64,000 nucleotides of DNA from Lama guanicoe (lineage: Eukaryota), in the NCBI GenBank assembly GCA_013239625.1, contig MU055609.1, positions 22,607,688 to 22,671,687 on the forward strand. The letters run 5' to 3'. Made by a program: the position numbers and the translations under genes. Below the pieces are notes generated by a model. The model saw only the letters and a program-made list of their open reading frames with translations, made no database searches and had not been told where the DNA came from. Shown here piece after piece: positions 61,040-64,000 of this stretch (the first letter of the stretch is position 1; each line of letters starts with the position of its first letter).

Positions 61040-61260
61040 GAGGCCTCATCAAACAAGAGGAACACGCTTTTGCAAACCTATATGGAAATTAAACCCACAA
61101 TCTGGGCACACATTTGTTTGACAAGTGGTAATTAACTGCTGACAATATAATTTCAGTTTGGATGCAAATGTGTTTTTCATTAGAAAGTCATCAAAGCGGT
61201 ACTCGCATCTGGGAGTCCAGCCTCCAACAGCGAGAGCTCAGCTTTCCTGCTGAAAGCTTT
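61040..61260. promoter_or_regulatory. Candidate enhancer island
   Basis: TAATTA (61129), octamer ATGCAAAT (61162-61169), TCF/LEF ATCAAAG (61190-61196) and TGACA sites in non-repetitive sequence. Confidence 0.4.
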
Positions 61261-63499
61261 TAGGGCTGGCATTGAGTGCCTGCTGTCCCTAGCCAGGTGG
61301 GCATGGACCCCCAAAGTGATGCTGGTAACAGGTCTCTAGGCAGCTTCCAGAAGGCAGCTCAGTCAGCCCCTGTCATTAAGGGTCCAGCATCCTTTGGGCA
61401 CCCATTGATCCTGTGGGCATCTCTGATCCCAGAGGGCCTGAAGCTGCCTTGCAGGGGCTGGGTGCTGACCCCATCTTCAAAGATGGAGGGGATTCTCTCT
61501 TCTTTCCAGCCTCTCCTATGCCCCAGGCTCTGCAGGGGTCATACTCCATCCCCCATTCTATAGAAGGGGAAAATGAGGCTCAGAGATCTGGGAATTACTC
61601 GTTCAAGGCTACAGATGGTGAGGGGCCAGATGGAGATCTGGACTCCTAATTCCCAAGTCTGTACCACACACGTTGCCCAACTTCCTTGTCTCTAGTCAAC
61701 CTAACTCCTCTAGTGCCTCAGTGTTCTCATCTGTAAAATGGGGATAATAATGATACTGCCATCATGAGCTTATGTGAGGCTTAAGTAAATTAATACAAGG
61801 AACTGTGCCTGCTACATAGAACTCTCTTAAATACATGTTAGTTATGATACCTGTTCATTAATTCAGATAATAAATAGTGTCACTGTGCCACCCTCACCTT
61901 CATTCCTCCCTCCTTGAGATAATCTGGCCCTACCTCTGAACTAATCTGAGTCCCATTCTGGACTCTGTCCAGACCTTCTCCATCCATTTGAAAGGAGGAG
62001 ACAGCAGGACCCTATGCTCTTTGGAGCACGAGTAATGCCAGGTGAGGAGCGAGGCTTTGCTTCTTGGCCCCTGAGGTCTGACTCCTCTGAGCACAGATCT
62101 CTCAGTTCCCTGGTAGCTGTTGTCACAACTCACTGCCCCTGGAACATTCTAGACCCTTTAACACTCCAGTCTTTGTACATGCTGTGTTTTCTGCCTGGAA
62201 AGTCTTTCCCTGTACGTCTTACCTAGTGAAATTTTATCTTCAAAGGCCCAACTCAAATATCTTCTTGATCACGACTTGAGTCTGCACCTATCTGACCTGA
62301 CTCTGAGCACAGAGTAGGGGCTCTTTATGCACTTATTAGGCTCCTACTCTGTGCTTGGCTTGGTATATCTGAATACCTGTCACCTCAGTTAATTCTAACA
62401 GCAACACTGTAAGGCGATTGGTATTATCGCATTTTACAGATGAAGAAACTGAAACTCCCTGATGAGAAATAACTTGCTCAAAGTTACATATCGAATAAAT
62501 GCCAGAGCCTAGGCTATTGACACAGCCCCAAGCTGTGTCCTTTCTGCTTTAACTCGTGTGAATCCACTTAGTTCCTTTCCTAAAGGCAGCAGGATGTGGT
62601 GTTTCCTAAATTCACACTTGTATTTGTCACTGATTTCGAGCCTCAGATGCAAAAGTACACACTCCCACCCACACAAGCCTAAGCACACACAAAGGGACAA
62701 AACCCCAAACACATCTAAATGGACATTTGCACTTTTTCAAGGATATTAGCAAGCACATCCACTGTACTCCAAACCTGTCCACACTCCAGCCCCATGTGCT
62801 GAGCCCTGACCCCTATATCCAACTGTCCCCTGAACACCTGGCCCTGGATGACCTGTGGGAGCCTCAGACACAGTGAACCCAGAGGGCCTTTGGCTGAACA
62901 GGGCAGGGGACAGAACTAACAGAGAGATTGGGCTCTGAGTTCTGCTCCTGAAAACCTTCCCTCTACAAACTCGAGGAACAACTGATCAAATATAGCAAGA
63001 GGGACAGGGATGTCCCCAGGAGGTGGAAAGAAACTGACAACCCGGTGGTAAGTGTGTGAACCGATACAGCAGCTTCTGTGTCTCAGCGGTTGGGGAGTGG
63101 ACAATCACTGGCTGTCACTGAGGGACTGGATTTCTTGCCCTCCAGGGACAGGAAGTGATATTTTTGGTGCAATGCAGGAAGTGGCATAAAGCTAAGACCA
63201 TCAAAGGGATGACTCTCAGAGATAGAGTATATGAAAAAAAGAATCCATTCTCTAGAACTGGGAAACAACAGGGGAGCTTGTCAGTTTCTGCTTGGGACTC
63301 TGAGAAACGAGAACCTCCTTGGGTGACCATAGGCCCGTGCTTTGCTTGGGTTTGTGGTTTTAATTTATATTGCAGGTATTGTTTGTAAACCCCGAAATGA
63401 AACAATTAACATAAAATTGATCCCGGGCTGGTGATAGGTCTTTGGCTTGTGGCAGAAGCTAATGCAGAGCATTTCAGAAGGGGCACACCTCCCACTCAG

Positions 63500-64000
63500 G
63501 CTGCTCAGAATTCCCACAGATAAAGCCTCACTGAAGATGAGCTAAAAAACTCAATTTACAAACAAATGAGAAAGCAGTTTACCATCAGTGAGAGTTCATA
63601 GCTACTTAAGCCAGAACAATAAAAATCCAAAGAACTTTGAACAATACAGCAGATCTCATAGAAATGATAACAGAAATATAATTAAGGTGATTAAAATATA
63701 TAAAAAATACAAAAGCACAAAATTAGAATAAGATGTTATTAAAAAAACAACAAACTGACTAGAAAAATAGAAAATCTAAAAATGAAAGGGATAATCATTG
63801 GAATGAAAAAATCCTCAAAGGGTCGACTGGATAATGGCTTCGGTAGAACTGGGAAAAGAATCAGTTATTTGGAGTATAGACAAGAGGAAATCACCCTGAA
63901 TGCACACGGAAAAGAATGGAGATGCAAAATACGAAGGAGAGGTTCAGAAATCTGAAGGAGAGAATAAGGAGTTCCAGCAAATCTTTACTAGAAGTTCCAG
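63500..64000 (+). mobile_element. Ancient L1/HAL1 ORF1-region remnant, continuing beyond the window
   Basis: A-rich sequence; gaaaagaatcagttatttggagtataga...gaggaaatcaccctgaatgca...gaataaggagttccagcaaa...agaagttccag follows the L1 ORF1 coiled-coil/RRM region. Confidence 0.7.

Noticed and set aside
61077-61085. CArG-like CCTATATGG
   Set aside because: Only five A/T bases between CC and GG; the SRF site needs six.

Overview
Mammalian genomic DNA, most likely from a camelid: a young tRNA-Ala-derived vic-1-type SINE sits at 59728 and I saw no Alu, Bov-tA, PRE-1 or Can-SINE. The first 2.6 kb hold the last four coding exons of MATN1 (matrilin-1/cartilage matrix protein) on the + strand, covering the second vWA domain and the C-terminal coiled coil. 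Its last intron (1899-2549) is a minor-spliceosome U12-type AT-AC intron with consensus donor and branch point. I found no credible protein-coding gene in the remaining ~61 kb. That region is a GC-rich intergenic stretch of MIR, L2, L3, L1, MLT1/ERVL and ERV1 LTRs, hAT DNA transposons and simple or short tandem repeats. Scattered through it are non-repetitive, AT-richer islands dense in homeodomain, POU, PBX-MEIS, SOX and TCF motifs that look like enhancers. I found no convincing wholly new system. The best leads are the open reading frame through the U12 intron (a possible NMD-insensitive alternative C-terminus), the splice-signal architecture around that intron, and the candidate enhancer islands. 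Repeat family names come from recalled consensus sequences and their boundaries are approximate.
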